A DNA stretch of 64,000 nt, taken from NCBI GenBank assembly GCA_050506795.1, contig JBJHCF010000010.1, positions 1-64,000 of the forward strand, read 5' to 3'. Each line of letters begins with the position of its first letter. The stretch's first letter is position 1. Shown here piece after piece: positions 18,704-27,938 of this stretch. The notes under the pieces are model-generated. The model made no database searches and was not told the origin of the DNA. It saw nothing but the letters and a program-made list of their open reading frames with translations. Source of the stretch: Opitutia bacterium (GTDB lineage: Bacteria > Verrucomicrobiota > Verrucomicrobiia > Opitutales > T3Sed10-336). The position numbers and the translations under genes are program-made.

Positions 18704-20875
18704 ATGTCCGAACCAAAGAAGCCTCTTGAGCGAATCACCATGAAAGACATCGCCTCACGTGCCGGTGTGACAACCTCGGCCGTATCTTTGGTCTTTCGCG
18801 GTAAACCGGGTGTTTCGCCTGCGACCCGCCGGCGAATCGAGAGACTCGCGCAAGAGATGGGGTATCGCTCCGATCCATACGTGGCCACGCTGATGAACAA
18901 TCGGCGAAAGGGAAAGCTCCCGGCCAGCAGTCCGGTGCTGGCCTTCGCCAGCGCCTATCCCACCCGGGAAGGGTGGCGCCGGCACTCCGAGACGTTTGTG
19001 AGCTACTTTGAAGGCGCCCGAACCCGAGCGGAGGAGAAGGGGTACCGACTGGAGACTTTTTGGTTGGGCAAGGACGGCTCCGCCGGAAAAAGAGCGAGTG
19101 AGATTCTTTACGCCCGCAACATTTCCGGCGTCCTGGTGGCGCCCCTGCCGGATAATATTCACTCCCTCGATCTCGATTGGGCCCGCTTCCACGCCGTCGC
19201 ACTCGGATTTTCGCTGGCCTCCCCGGTGATCAATCGCGTGGTCAGCGATCATCTCCAATCCGCCATGATCGCCATCGACCGTTGCCATCAACTCGGCTAC
19301 CGCCGTATCGGCCTGCTCCTGACGCGAGGCAACAACCAGCGGGTGGACCGCCGCTGGCTGGCGGCATTCCTCATGGCCCAGGATCGCCTCCCCGAGGTCG
19401 AGCGTATCAAACCGCTGCTGGTCGACGAATGGGACGATATTCTGTTTCGCAAATGGATGAACCGGGAACAGCCGGACGTCCTGATCGCGCACACCAACGA
19501 TGTTCTGCAGGACAAACTGGCGGATCTCGGTCTTCGCGTTCCCAACGATATCGGCCTGGTGGCTCTGAACATGCCCAGCCCCGATTACCCGGCATCAGGA
19601 GTCTTCGAAAATCCGACCCGTATCGGCTCGCGTGCCGCCGACCTGCTGATCACCGGCGTCGAGAGCAACGAGCGCGGTCTCCCCGGACGTCCCACCACCT
19701 TGCTGGTCGACGGTGTCTGGCTTCCGGGACCGACCCTGCACGGAGACGAGAATTCCCTGGCCCGGAAAGAGATTATTCGAGCCATTCTCAAACCGTCCCG
19801 CCGGGCGCCGGTTTCCATGAGGGATATCGCCAAATACGCCGGCGTCCATCCGGCCACCGTTTCTCTGAGCCTGCGAGACAACCCCCGCATCCCGGCGAGG
19901 ACCAAAGAACGTATCCGTATCGCCGCGGACAAACTGGGATATCGCAGAAACGAATACCTCTCCGAGTTGATGCAGAGCAAAAGGCGCGGCCGCCTGCCGA
20001 GTCGCCATCCGGTTTTGGGATTCGTCACCGCCTTTCCCACACGTGACGGCTGGAAAAAAATGTCTCCGCTCTTCCACCAGTACCAGATCGGCGCCCGGCG
20101 CAGAGCCGAAGCCCTCGGTTTCGAACTGCGGGAAATCTGGCTGCGGAATCCGGCAGAGGGAAAGGAGATCAGCGAAGCATTGCACCGCGATGGCATGCAG
20201 GGCGTTTTGTTTGCTCCGCTCCCTTCGGCCGGCAGCACCATTTCCTGGCGCTGGGATCTGTTCTGTCAGGTGGGATTCGGTTTCACCCTCAATGAACCGC
20301 GCATTCACCGCGTCGCCAGTGACACCTACAGTTCCATGCATCAAGCGGTTCGCCGCTGTTTGGACCTCGGCTATCGACGCCTGGGTTTTGTCCTTTCCGC
20401 CGACTCCAACTCCCGGGTCCAGAACCGGTGGGTGGCCTCGTTCCTGGTCTGCCAGAGTGAAACTCCGGACCGAATTCTGCCGAGATATTACCTGGCGGAG
20501 AGACTGGAGGAAAACGCGGTACGGGCCTGGTTCCAACGCGAATCCCCTGACGTTGTCCTGGTGCCGTCACCCGATCGTTTGGAAGGCTGGCTGAAAAAAT
20601 GGGGCTGCTCGGTCCCCGGCAACCTGGGCCTGGTCTCGCTTAACTGCGCCGATCCCGACTCCCATCTTACCGGTATCGATCAAAACGGTACACTCCTGGG
20701 CGACCGTGCCGTCTCCGTGCTCGTCGGCTTGATCGAACGCAACGAATACGGAATCTCCCGCCAGCCCAACACTCTGCTGGTCGAAGGCACCTGGGTTCCG
20801 GGCGCCAGCGTGAAATCGGCACCCTCGGGTCCCCTAACCAGATCGAAGAATAAGGTCGGCACGGTGCGGAGCTAA
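18704..20875 (+). CDS. LacI-family regulator made of two tandem complete LacI modules
   Basis: HTH1 ITMKDIASRAGVTTSAVS and HTH2 VSMRDIAKYAGVHPATVS, each followed by a sugar-binding domain ending LLV.G.W.PG. Confidence 0.9.
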   Translation: MSEPKKPLERITMKDIASRAGVTTSAVSLVFRGKPGVSPATRRRIERLAQEMGYRSDPYVATLMNNRRKGKLPASSPVLAFASAYPTREGWRRHSETFVSYFEGARTRAEEKGYRLETFWLGKDGSAGKRASEILYARNISGVLVAPLPDNIHSLDLDWARFHAVALGFSLASPVINRVVSDHLQSAMIAIDRCHQLGYRRIGLLLTRGNNQRVDRRWLAAFLMAQDRLPEVERIKPLLVDEWDDILFRKWMNREQPDVLIAHTNDVLQDKLADLGLRVPNDIGLVALNMPSPDYPASGVFENPTRIGSRAADLLITGVESNERGLPGRPTTLLVDGVWLPGPTLHGDENSLARKEIIRAILKPSRRAPVSMRDIAKYAGVHPATVSLSLRDNPRIPARTKERIRIAADKLGYRRNEYLSELMQSKRRGRLPSRHPVLGFVTAFPTRDGWKKMSPLFHQYQIGARRRAEALGFELREIWLRNPAEGKEISEALHRDGMQGVLFAPLPSAGSTISWRWDLFCQVGFGFTLNEPRIHRVASDTYSSMHQAVRRCLDLGYRRLGFVLSADSNSRVQNRWVASFLVCQSETPDRILPRYYLAERLEENAVRAWFQRESPDVVLVPSPDRLEGWLKKWGCSVPGNLGLVSLNCADPDSHLTGIDQNGTLLGDRAVSVLVGLIERNEYGISRQPNTLLVEGTWVPGASVKSAPSGPLTRSKNKVGTVRS

Positions 20876-20928
20876 CCCCCTCTAAAAGAGATGGCACGGT
20901 TAAGGCCGGTGATCGAAGGAGCATAGCT

Positions 20929-21100
20929 AACCCGCATCGGCCGTTCCCCTGGAGGGCCATGCTCCCGGATGGCCGCCGACCTGGGAGCGCGGGCATCCTG
21001 CCCGCACCGGCGGCGCGGGAGCGCCGCCCTCCAGGAAACAGAGGCGCGATTCCGATTTCGATTCGGTTTCTCAAACGATGAACCGCCTTAACCGAGGAGC
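20929..21100 (+). repeat. Composite REP/MITE-like element, copy 2
   Basis: Colinear match to 788-955, including the tail gattcggtttc..tcaaacgatgaaccgcc. Confidence 0.85.
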
Positions 21101-21143
21101 ATTCGCTCTGGAAGCCGCGCCAATGTTCCGGCGCGTAGGGGAC

Positions 21144-21779
21144 TCAGGGAATCACAATCTCCTGACCGATTTGCAGACGGTTCGGATCGGTATCGGGATT
21201 GGCGTCCATCAAATCGTTGAGCGACACACCAAACTCCCGGGCCACTCGGGTTAAGGTGTCGCCGGATTGAATCCGGTAAATACGGGACTCGGACTCGTCC
21301 GCCTCGGAATCTACTTCGACCTGTCCTTCCGCCGGGTCCGCCGATTCTACCGCCGCGACCGCCTCGGGAGCCGTATCGCGTGAGGCGGTCGTCGGGCGAT
21401 CGGTTTCGAGCCGGTAAAGCATCTCCTCCAGTTCGGCGATTCGACCCTCCAGGGCGCGAACGGTATCGCCCAGCCGCGAAACGGTGTCACTCATCCGCTG
21501 GCGCTGCTCCGCCACCCGGCGAAACCCATCTTCGGTCTGGGAAACCAGGCTATCGATAATCTCGAAAAACTCCCCCGCGTCCCCGGCCACATTCCGCAAA
21601 TCGCCTTCGAATTCACGGATCCGTTCGGCAAATTCTCCCAAACGCTCCAATTCACGGAGTTCGTGCCGGGACTCCTCCGCTTCCGTTCGGGCCAAATGCG
21701 AATAAAAAAGCGCTATGCCCCCGGCGCATAATGCCAGCAGGGCCAGTGTGATTGCGGCTTTGATCCCGTTCGCTATCAT
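21144..21779 (-). CDS. Membrane-anchored coiled-coil protein with C-terminal LysM domain
   Basis: YRIQSGDTLTRVAREFGVS..DL..AN...NRLQIGQEIVIP. Confidence 0.85.
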   Translation of the reverse strand: MIANGIKAAITLALLALCAGGIALFYSHLARTEAEESRHELRELERLGEFAERIREFEGDLRNVAGDAGEFFEIIDSLVSQTEDGFRRVAEQRQRMSDTVSRLGDTVRALEGRIAELEEMLYRLETDRPTTASRDTAPEAVAAVESADPAEGQVEVDSEADESESRIYRIQSGDTLTRVAREFGVSLNDLMDANPDTDPNRLQIGQEIVIP

Positions 21780-21854
21780 GAGCTATCCAGGCAGTTCTAC
21801 TACGAAATAACCGCCGCCGCCAATCCTGAAGTCGCGGGAATGCCAATCAAATCA

Positions 21855-22649
21855 TCAGGACTGCCGTTCCAACTGGTTCATCAAGGCCATCAACCGGCGG
21901 GGCGGCAACGCCTCCACCACATTCTCCTCGCCGCTTTCCGGATCGGGAAAACGAAGGTGCGCTTGAAATAGGCCGGGATAACGGTACAGCGGTTGCTCGG
22001 GACCTTTGGACCGATAACCACGTTTGAGGGATGAGAGGTAAACCGGTTCCGACCGGGCGTACAAACGGTCACCCAAAACCGGAAGCCCGATCTCAAAGGC
22101 ATGGAGCTTAACCTGGTGACGCCGGCTGTACGCGGAAAACGCTTCCCATAGGTTAAACCGTCCCACCGGACCAATCTTCCGGAAACGGGTTTCCGTTTTC
22201 TTTCCAACGGCATGCGATACCAGCATACGGGCGCTCTTCTCCGGATGGGCCAACGGAAGCTGGCAGAGGATTTCGTCCCGATCCTCAGACGCGGACGTCA
22301 GGAAACGATAAGTAAAGCCGAACTGACTGGCGCCCATCGCGTTTTTCAAAGCCTGACGAACGGCTTCCGTCTTCGCGCAGAGCAGAATTCCCGCGATCTC
22401 CGAATCCGGATAGGCCACCGGAAAAACCTCCCTGATTTCCAACTCGCGAAATTGGTTTTTCCCGGCGTCGATGGCCTCGACGATGGCGTCGACCAGGCTG
22501 GTCCCACCCCGGGCAAACCCGTCGCGAACCGCAGGCACACCCGGCGGCTTTTCCAGCGCGAACCAATTGGGACCGGACGCCAGGAGCGAAAGCCGCCGAG
22601 GAGCCTCTCCCAGGCGACCCTCGGGAAAACTGATAAACGATCGATTCAT
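21855..22649 (-). CDS. RluA-family pseudouridine synthase (divergent active-site motif)
   Basis: LEKPPG, RRHQVKLH, PVLGDRLY; the HRLD motif reads AYPD. Confidence 0.75.
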   Translation of the reverse strand: MNRSFISFPEGRLGEAPRRLSLLASGPNWFALEKPPGVPAVRDGFARGGTSLVDAIVEAIDAGKNQFRELEIREVFPVAYPDSEIAGILLCAKTEAVRQALKNAMGASQFGFTYRFLTSASEDRDEILCQLPLAHPEKSARMLVSHAVGKKTETRFRKIGPVGRFNLWEAFSAYSRRHQVKLHAFEIGLPVLGDRLYARSEPVYLSSLKRGYRSKGPEQPLYRYPGLFQAHLRFPDPESGEENVVEALPPRRLMALMNQLERQS

Positions 22650-22713
22650 AAGCCAAAAACCCCCCGGGCCGTTAGGCACCGGAGGGTTCAGTAGGATGGG
22701 AGGAGGAAATTTT

Positions 22714-22974
22714 TCAGGAATTAAAAATCAAATGTGAGCAGGAAGCTTTATGCCTATTCACTACGTTGTCGTGAATAATGCCGGTCTTCGCCGCCTTGTC
22801 AAGGGCAGAAATGAACTCGCGTGCAGATTTTCCGGCTTCCTCTTTGTTGCCCGCCGCTTCGGACTCCCGAACCTTGCGGGCGAGGGTTTTCAAGCGGCTG
22901 CGAACACCACGGTTGTGGGCGGCACGACGCTCGGTCTTGCGGACGTATTTGATTGCTGACTTGGTATTCGCCAT
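22714..22974 (-). CDS. rpsT: 30S ribosomal protein S20
   Basis: MANTKSAIK..R...R...N....SRLKT...LDKAAKTGIIH.N...R.K. Confidence 0.95.
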   Translation of the reverse strand: MANTKSAIKYVRKTERRAAHNRGVRSRLKTLARKVRESEAAGNKEEAGKSAREFISALDKAAKTGIIHDNVVNRHKASCSHLIFNS

Positions 22975-23037
22975 AACGAAATCATTTAGAAAGGCCCCTT
23001 CTTTTCGCACGGTCAAGCCATTTTTGGAAAAAGTTAG

Positions 23038-23470
23038 TTTTGAGGCCTGTAAGCCGGATTCTGTCCTCCGCGGCCTCAGGCCGCGAATCGATGTTCATTT
23101 CTCTATCCCGTCACCGGGATTCCCGCCTGCGGCGGGATGCGACCTACCCGGAACGATTCGGCGGGCCACCGCGTTCCCTATTTGGTCTTGCACCGGACTG
23201 GGTTTATCCTGGCCCCCAAGGATTGCTCCCGGGGCGGTGGGCTCTTACCCCACCCTTTCACCCTTACCCTCCGATGAATTTCAAATTTCAAATCTGAAAT
23301 CTCAAATTATCGGCCGGCGGTTTGTTTTCTGTGACACTAGCCGTCACCCCGCCTTTACGACGGAGCGCCCCCGGTTTCCCGGGGAGTCCTGCCCTGTGGT
23401 GTCCGGACTTTCCTCTCCCCCTGTCAAAGCAACGCTTCTCGAGGTCGGGAGCGAACACCCGGCCTCAAAA
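23038..23470 (-). ncRNA. rnpB: RNase P RNA (type A)
   Basis: Minus strand has GAGGAAAGTCCGGAC, ACAGAAAA, GGGTGAAAGGGTG.GGTAAGAGC and terminal ACAGAATCCGGCTTAC; complementary ends form P1; lies downstream of a zinc-ribbon gene. Confidence 0.95.
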
Positions 23471-23474
23471 CTAA

Positions 23475-24179
23475 CTACTCACAATATAGGAGGCGACCGC
23501 AACTATCGCAAGTCGCAATCTCCTTGCCCTGCCGGGCGTCACTTTCCACCCCGGCGGAGACCTTGAGGTGGCATCCCTGACACTTTTTATCGCGCAAAGG
23601 CACCGCCACCGGAAACGGCACGTGCCGCAAAAGGCGATCGTAAACCTCCAGGAACTCCGCCGGCACCTCCGTCCGCACCGCTTCCACCTCCCGGGCCGCG
23701 GCGGCCAGTTCCTCCCGGCATTCCTTTTCCCTGGCCTGCAGTTTGGCGATGCGCTCCTCCAAGACGGCGATGCTTTTCCGGAAGGCCTGCTCCGCCGCCT
23801 CCAGCTCGGCCTGACCGGTGTCGATATCGACCAGAACCTGAATCTCCTCGTCCTCCAGCCCCGAAATCGCCGTCCGCGCCGCCTCAATTTCGTGTTCGAG
23901 CGCCTGGTACTCCTCGTTTTTCTTCACCTCCAACTGCTGGTTGCGGTAGCGAACGATCTTCGCGTTCCAGGCCTCGATATCGCCCTCCAGCGCATTTCGA
24001 CGCTTTTCCAGTTGGGTCACCGCTTCCTTGGCCTCCTTCGCCCGCTCCTCCTCGCGCGCGATCTTTTCGCGGTTGGTCGCGATTTCACGCGGGATCGAAT
24101 CCAGAAGCGTTTCGAGATCGATCCTAATCCGATCTTTTTCCTGCAGGATAAGGAGTTTTTGAATCGATTCGCTGGCCAT
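23475..24179 (-). CDS. Coiled-coil protein with C4 zinc ribbon (CT398/HP0958-like)
   Basis: Long coiled coil, KKNEEYQAL..EI, CQGC...CDSCGRLLY. Confidence 0.9.
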   Translation of the reverse strand: MASESIQKLLILQEKDRIRIDLETLLDSIPREIATNREKIAREEERAKEAKEAVTQLEKRRNALEGDIEAWNAKIVRYRNQQLEVKKNEEYQALEHEIEAARTAISGLEDEEIQVLVDIDTGQAELEAAEQAFRKSIAVLEERIAKLQAREKECREELAAAAREVEAVRTEVPAEFLEVYDRLLRHVPFPVAVPLRDKKCQGCHLKVSAGVESDARQGKEIATCDSCGRLLYCE

Positions 24180-24281
24180 CTGTGGGCGCCAGATTAGCGA
24201 CGCGGATTTTCCGGGAGCAAGCCAATTCCCGATCGGTCGCCAAAAGGGACCCGTTTTCAGCCGAAACGTGCCAGAATCCGG

Positions 24282-25439
24282 TCACCGCCGGCCCACTGCC
24301 CGTACCGCACTCCTCACCCTTCCCAATCCCTCTTTCAGGGTGGCAAGGGAACAGCCGAAGTTCATGCGGACAAAGCCGGGGCCTTTAAAAAAACGTCCGT
24401 CCGACAACGCCACCCCATGATCGAGAAAGTGGGTCACCGGATCCTTGAGTCCCAGCGTTCGCACATCGAACCAGGCCAAATAGGTCGCCTCAATCGGATA
24501 ACTCTCCACCCCGGGAAGCTCCTTTTGCACAAAATTCAGCAGGTAGTCGCGATTGACGCGCAGGTACGAGATTAATTCCCGCCGCCAGGGTTCTCCACGC
24601 CCGTAGGCGGCTTCGCACCCGGCGTAACCGAAAACGCCGACCTGGGGCACGATGCCCGCTTTCGCCTGATGAAACGCGGCCCTCAGCTTCGGGTTGGGAA
24701 TGATGGCGAACGCGCACCCGAGCCCGGGCACGTTGTAGGTTTTGCTGGGCGCCATAAGGGTAATGGTGTTGCGGGCGATCTCCGGGCTCACGGAAGCGGT
24801 GGGCCGATGCGGAATGTCGTCAAGGATGAGATCGCAATGAATCTCGTCCGAACAGAGCACGATGTCGCGCTCCAGGCAGAACGCCGCCAGCCGTTCGATC
24901 TCCTCCGGAGCAAAAACCCGCCCCACCGGATTGTGCGGCTGGCACAGCAGAAACAGCTTCACTTTAGACGTGTAAGCCTTCTCCAGCGCCTCCCAGTCGA
25001 ACGTCCACCGATCCCCCTCCAGCGCCAGCGGCACGGTCACCAGGTCCCGCTTCATGTTGCGCGGGGCGGTCAGAAACGGCGGGTAGACCGGCACCGCCGT
25101 CATGACCGCATCTCCCGGAACGCCGATCGAGCGGCAGGTCACGTTGATACCGCAAACCAGCCCGGGCAGCCAAACCACCCACTCCGGATCGACCTCCCAG
25201 CCGTACCGGTCCCGGCACATGCCGATCACCGTATCCATGAGCCCTTGCGTGGGCTGCGCGTAACCGAAAACACCGTGGTCCACCCGTTCCCGCAACGCCT
25301 CGACCAACTCCGGCGGTGAAGCGAAGTCCATATCCGCCACCGGCATGGGCAACACGTCGCCGTCCTCGAAGGGCATCCACTTCTCGCTGCCCGTGCCCTT
25401 GCGGTCGATCACCCGGTCAAAATCATAAGCCATACCCAT
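24282..25439 (-). CDS. PLP-dependent C-S lyase, MalY/PatB family
   Basis: PMPVADMDF, PHNPVGRV, SDEIHCDL, APSKTYN. Confidence 0.9.
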   Translation of the reverse strand: MGMAYDFDRVIDRKGTGSEKWMPFEDGDVLPMPVADMDFASPPELVEALRERVDHGVFGYAQPTQGLMDTVIGMCRDRYGWEVDPEWVVWLPGLVCGINVTCRSIGVPGDAVMTAVPVYPPFLTAPRNMKRDLVTVPLALEGDRWTFDWEALEKAYTSKVKLFLLCQPHNPVGRVFAPEEIERLAAFCLERDIVLCSDEIHCDLILDDIPHRPTASVSPEIARNTITLMAPSKTYNVPGLGCAFAIIPNPKLRAAFHQAKAGIVPQVGVFGYAGCEAAYGRGEPWRRELISYLRVNRDYLLNFVQKELPGVESYPIEATYLAWFDVRTLGLKDPVTHFLDHGVALSDGRFFKGPGFVRMNFGCSLATLKEGLGRVRSAVRAVGRR

Positions 25440-25493
25440 GAGCTAAAGCGTCCCGTCCATTGCATGGCAAGCGCTTACCCGCGTCCGGGCCGA

Positions 25494-25760
25494 TCACGGC
25501 CGGGTCCAGTACAGAATCGTGCAAACCGCGCCGAAGATTATCGATGGCAACCAGACCCAAAACGAACTGATCGGCATGTTCCAGTGAGCCACCGCCCAGG
25601 TCGAGAGGAGGCATTTCGCCAGCAATAGTATCCAGAAACCCAAAAGCAACCCGTCAACCCGTACCCGCGACCGGCGCGGCCGCAGACGAACCTCTTCGAT
25701 AAAGGCCGCTTTGGCCGCATGGCCCGCGCCACCCGGTAACCTGGACTGTCCGTCGAGCAT
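25494..25760 (-). CDS. Small hypothetical membrane protein
   Basis: Two hydrophobic segments; start uncertain. Confidence 0.55.
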   Translation of the reverse strand: MLDGQSRLPGGAGHAAKAAFIEEVRLRPRRSRVRVDGLLLGFWILLLAKCLLSTWAVAHWNMPISSFWVWLPSIIFGAVCTILYWTRP

Positions 25761-25920
25761 GGAAAGCAACATACGCAACCGCCCAAAGCTGCCAAGCGGG
25801 GTCACCGTTTTTCCATCTTCAAGTCAATCCGATTAGAGCAAATTGCCGATGTCGCCGGAATCGAACCAACTCGCAATGGACGCGCCCCGCGCCGGCTTAC
25901 GGCCTGACCCCTTCGCCTTT

Positions 25921-26067
25921 CGCGCTTCGGCGGTGCAGCTTTACACGGCCCTCATCTACGAAGGGCCGGGACTGGTTCGCCGGCTGAACGACGCGTGGGA
26001 AGGTATGCTCGAAGACGCGGGCTGCCGCTCCGTCGCGGAGACCGTGGGGATTGGACCCCTTCAATAA
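25921..26067 (+). pseudogene. pyrD: Orphan 3' fragment of dihydroorotate dehydrogenase (class 2)
   Basis: ASAVQLYTALIYEGPGLVRRLN...SVAETVG matches the PyrD C-terminus; no N-terminal part upstream. Confidence 0.7.
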
Positions 26068-26137
26068 GCGGATCGCGATACGACCGCAACGCCCCCAGGC
26101 GAATTTCCGAAAAACAGCCGCTGTCAGGTATCGAACT

Positions 26138-26707
26138 TCAAGGTCCTTCGATCCGCTCAAGCATGTCCGTCAGCTTCGCCGCCGATTCCTTGTCTTCCTT
26201 AACCTCCAAAAGCGGTTGGAGCTGGCGTAGGATGTAGGGAACATCCAACCTTCTTCCTTGCCGGATGACGATTCCTTCAACATCCCTCCAGTCTTCGGGT
26301 CGCCCTGCAAACACTTTCATAACCACCAGATCCTCTGGAGAGCAAAGCCGCAATGCGATTCCCGGAGCGCACTCCACGTCGCGCGCCCGGCGAGCCGCCT
26401 CTTCTTCAAAGGGCAACCCGCCCAAAGCTATGTCCACCGGAAAACCTCCCGAAACCGCAATGAGAAGAGTGCGATTTTCCAGGGCGAAGGCGCGTGCGTT
26501 TTCCATTCGTGCCGGGAACCTGACCAGCAGTTCATCCACAAATATCTCTTCTTGCCCGAAGCCAGTGAGAAGTGTCAGGTCAATGTCCCGGGTCAAACGC
26601 GGTTCTCCCCAATGGATTACCGCCAGACCCCCGATAAAACAAAACTCCCAGCCCTTTCCGTCGAGAAATTTTTGAAGATCGCGTGCGGCCTGCAACAAGT
26701 CCTTCAT
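26138..26707 (-). CDS. Nucleotidyltransferase (AbiEii/DUF6036-like), putative toxin
   Basis: IGGLAV..WGEPRLTRDIDL and EDLVVMKVFAGRPEDWRDV. Confidence 0.8.
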   Translation of the reverse strand: MKDLLQAARDLQKFLDGKGWEFCFIGGLAVIHWGEPRLTRDIDLTLLTGFGQEEIFVDELLVRFPARMENARAFALENRTLLIAVSGGFPVDIALGGLPFEEEAARRARDVECAPGIALRLCSPEDLVVMKVFAGRPEDWRDVEGIVIRQGRRLDVPYILRQLQPLLEVKEDKESAAKLTDMLERIEGP

Positions 26708-26946
26708 CGTGTGCGTAACCTGGCAAACAACCTCTGCTGTTCCACAAGCCCTCTGTCCTGACGGGTCGTGTCCGCACCCAACGCTCGGGACACGCCATCG
26801 AACCAAGCCACAGCGGCCTGGGTGTCGGCGTTACGGATATCCCGCTGACGTTGAGCCTGCAAAGTCGGCTCCGCCCGACGCCACTGCGCGATGCGCTCGC
26901 GTATAGCTTTTTCGTGGTTGTTCTTTGTGGCTTGCTGCGATTTCAT
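26704..26946 (-). CDS. Small basic protein, putative partner/antitoxin
   Basis: 80 aa; ATGA overlap with the nucleotidyltransferase start. Confidence 0.65.
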   Translation of the reverse strand: MKSQQATKNNHEKAIRERIAQWRRAEPTLQAQRQRDIRNADTQAAVAWFDGVSRALGADTTRQDRGLVEQQRLFARLRTR

Positions 26947-27155
26947 CCTTCAGCAACGATCCATCAAATTAGCGGTTTGGTCAATGTCGCACGAATCAGC
27001 CGTGGATGGCGGGAATTCGATGAGGGGCGCGATGAGGGGCGGGGTATGGGGTCAGGCCGTTGTTCGTTGATCCTTGCTAAAAGGATGCCGTTGCTGAGTC
27101 CCTCAACTTATCCCTTGAATTTTATCACGAACGTGGATGGGGCATTCGCCGCCCC

Positions 27156-27893
27156 TCACTCCACCGGCGGACGGGAGTACCAGAAATTGCAGCGGTCGCG
27201 GCGGCGGAGTGAACCGGGCAGGCAGCAGACCAGCACCTGACGGATCATTTGTCCGACGGTGAAGTGGTCGGCCTTGCGGGGCGAGGTTTCCACGGCCTGG
27301 TCGGATATCACCGCAAACCGCATCCCCTGCCTGCGGCCCCAGCGTTTCAGGCGCCGGGAGAAGAAGATTTCCTCGCCGGCGTAATAGCGTTCGTCAAACC
27401 CGCCGGTCTCCTCCCAGGCGCGGCGCAGACAATACACATAGGATCCCGCGGCCCAGCCGAACAGGACCGAAACGGTGTTCCAACAGGCCAAACCGATCCG
27501 CATCGCCGAGGGGGTTTCGGCCGGGTTCATGGCCACCCGGGCTCCGCCGCCGCAGATCCGGCCGGAGTCGAGGTTCTCGATCGTTCGGCGCAAAAGCGCG
27601 GGAGTCAGTCGCGAGTCGGCGTCGATGAAGATCAACCAATCCCCGGTCGCGGCCGCCGCCGCGGTGTTGCGGGCTTTGGCGATCTGGTTGTGCGATTCGG
27701 TAACGACTCTGACTCGACGAGCCGCCGCCACCTCGGCGGTGCGGTCGGACGAATTGTTGTCGCATACGATCAACTCGTAGTCCTCCCGCCCGATCCCCCG
27801 GAAACTTTCCCGCACCGAATCTATCATGGCCCCGAGAAGCGCTTCCTCGTTATAGGCGGGAACCAGCACGCTGATTTTAATCGGATCGATCAT
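27156..27893 (-). CDS. Glycosyltransferase family 2
   Basis: VLVPAYNEE, CDNNSSDRT, FIDAD, GGFDE. Confidence 0.9.
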   Translation of the reverse strand: MIDPIKISVLVPAYNEEALLGAMIDSVRESFRGIGREDYELIVCDNNSSDRTAEVAAARRVRVVTESHNQIAKARNTAAAAATGDWLIFIDADSRLTPALLRRTIENLDSGRICGGGARVAMNPAETPSAMRIGLACWNTVSVLFGWAAGSYVYCLRRAWEETGGFDERYYAGEEIFFSRRLKRWGRRQGMRFAVISDQAVETSPRKADHFTVGQMIRQVLVCCLPGSLRRRDRCNFWYSRPPVE

Positions 27894-27938
27894 TGCGACC
27901 CACTATAAGCGGCCCGGACGCCGCTGTCACCTTTGGTC

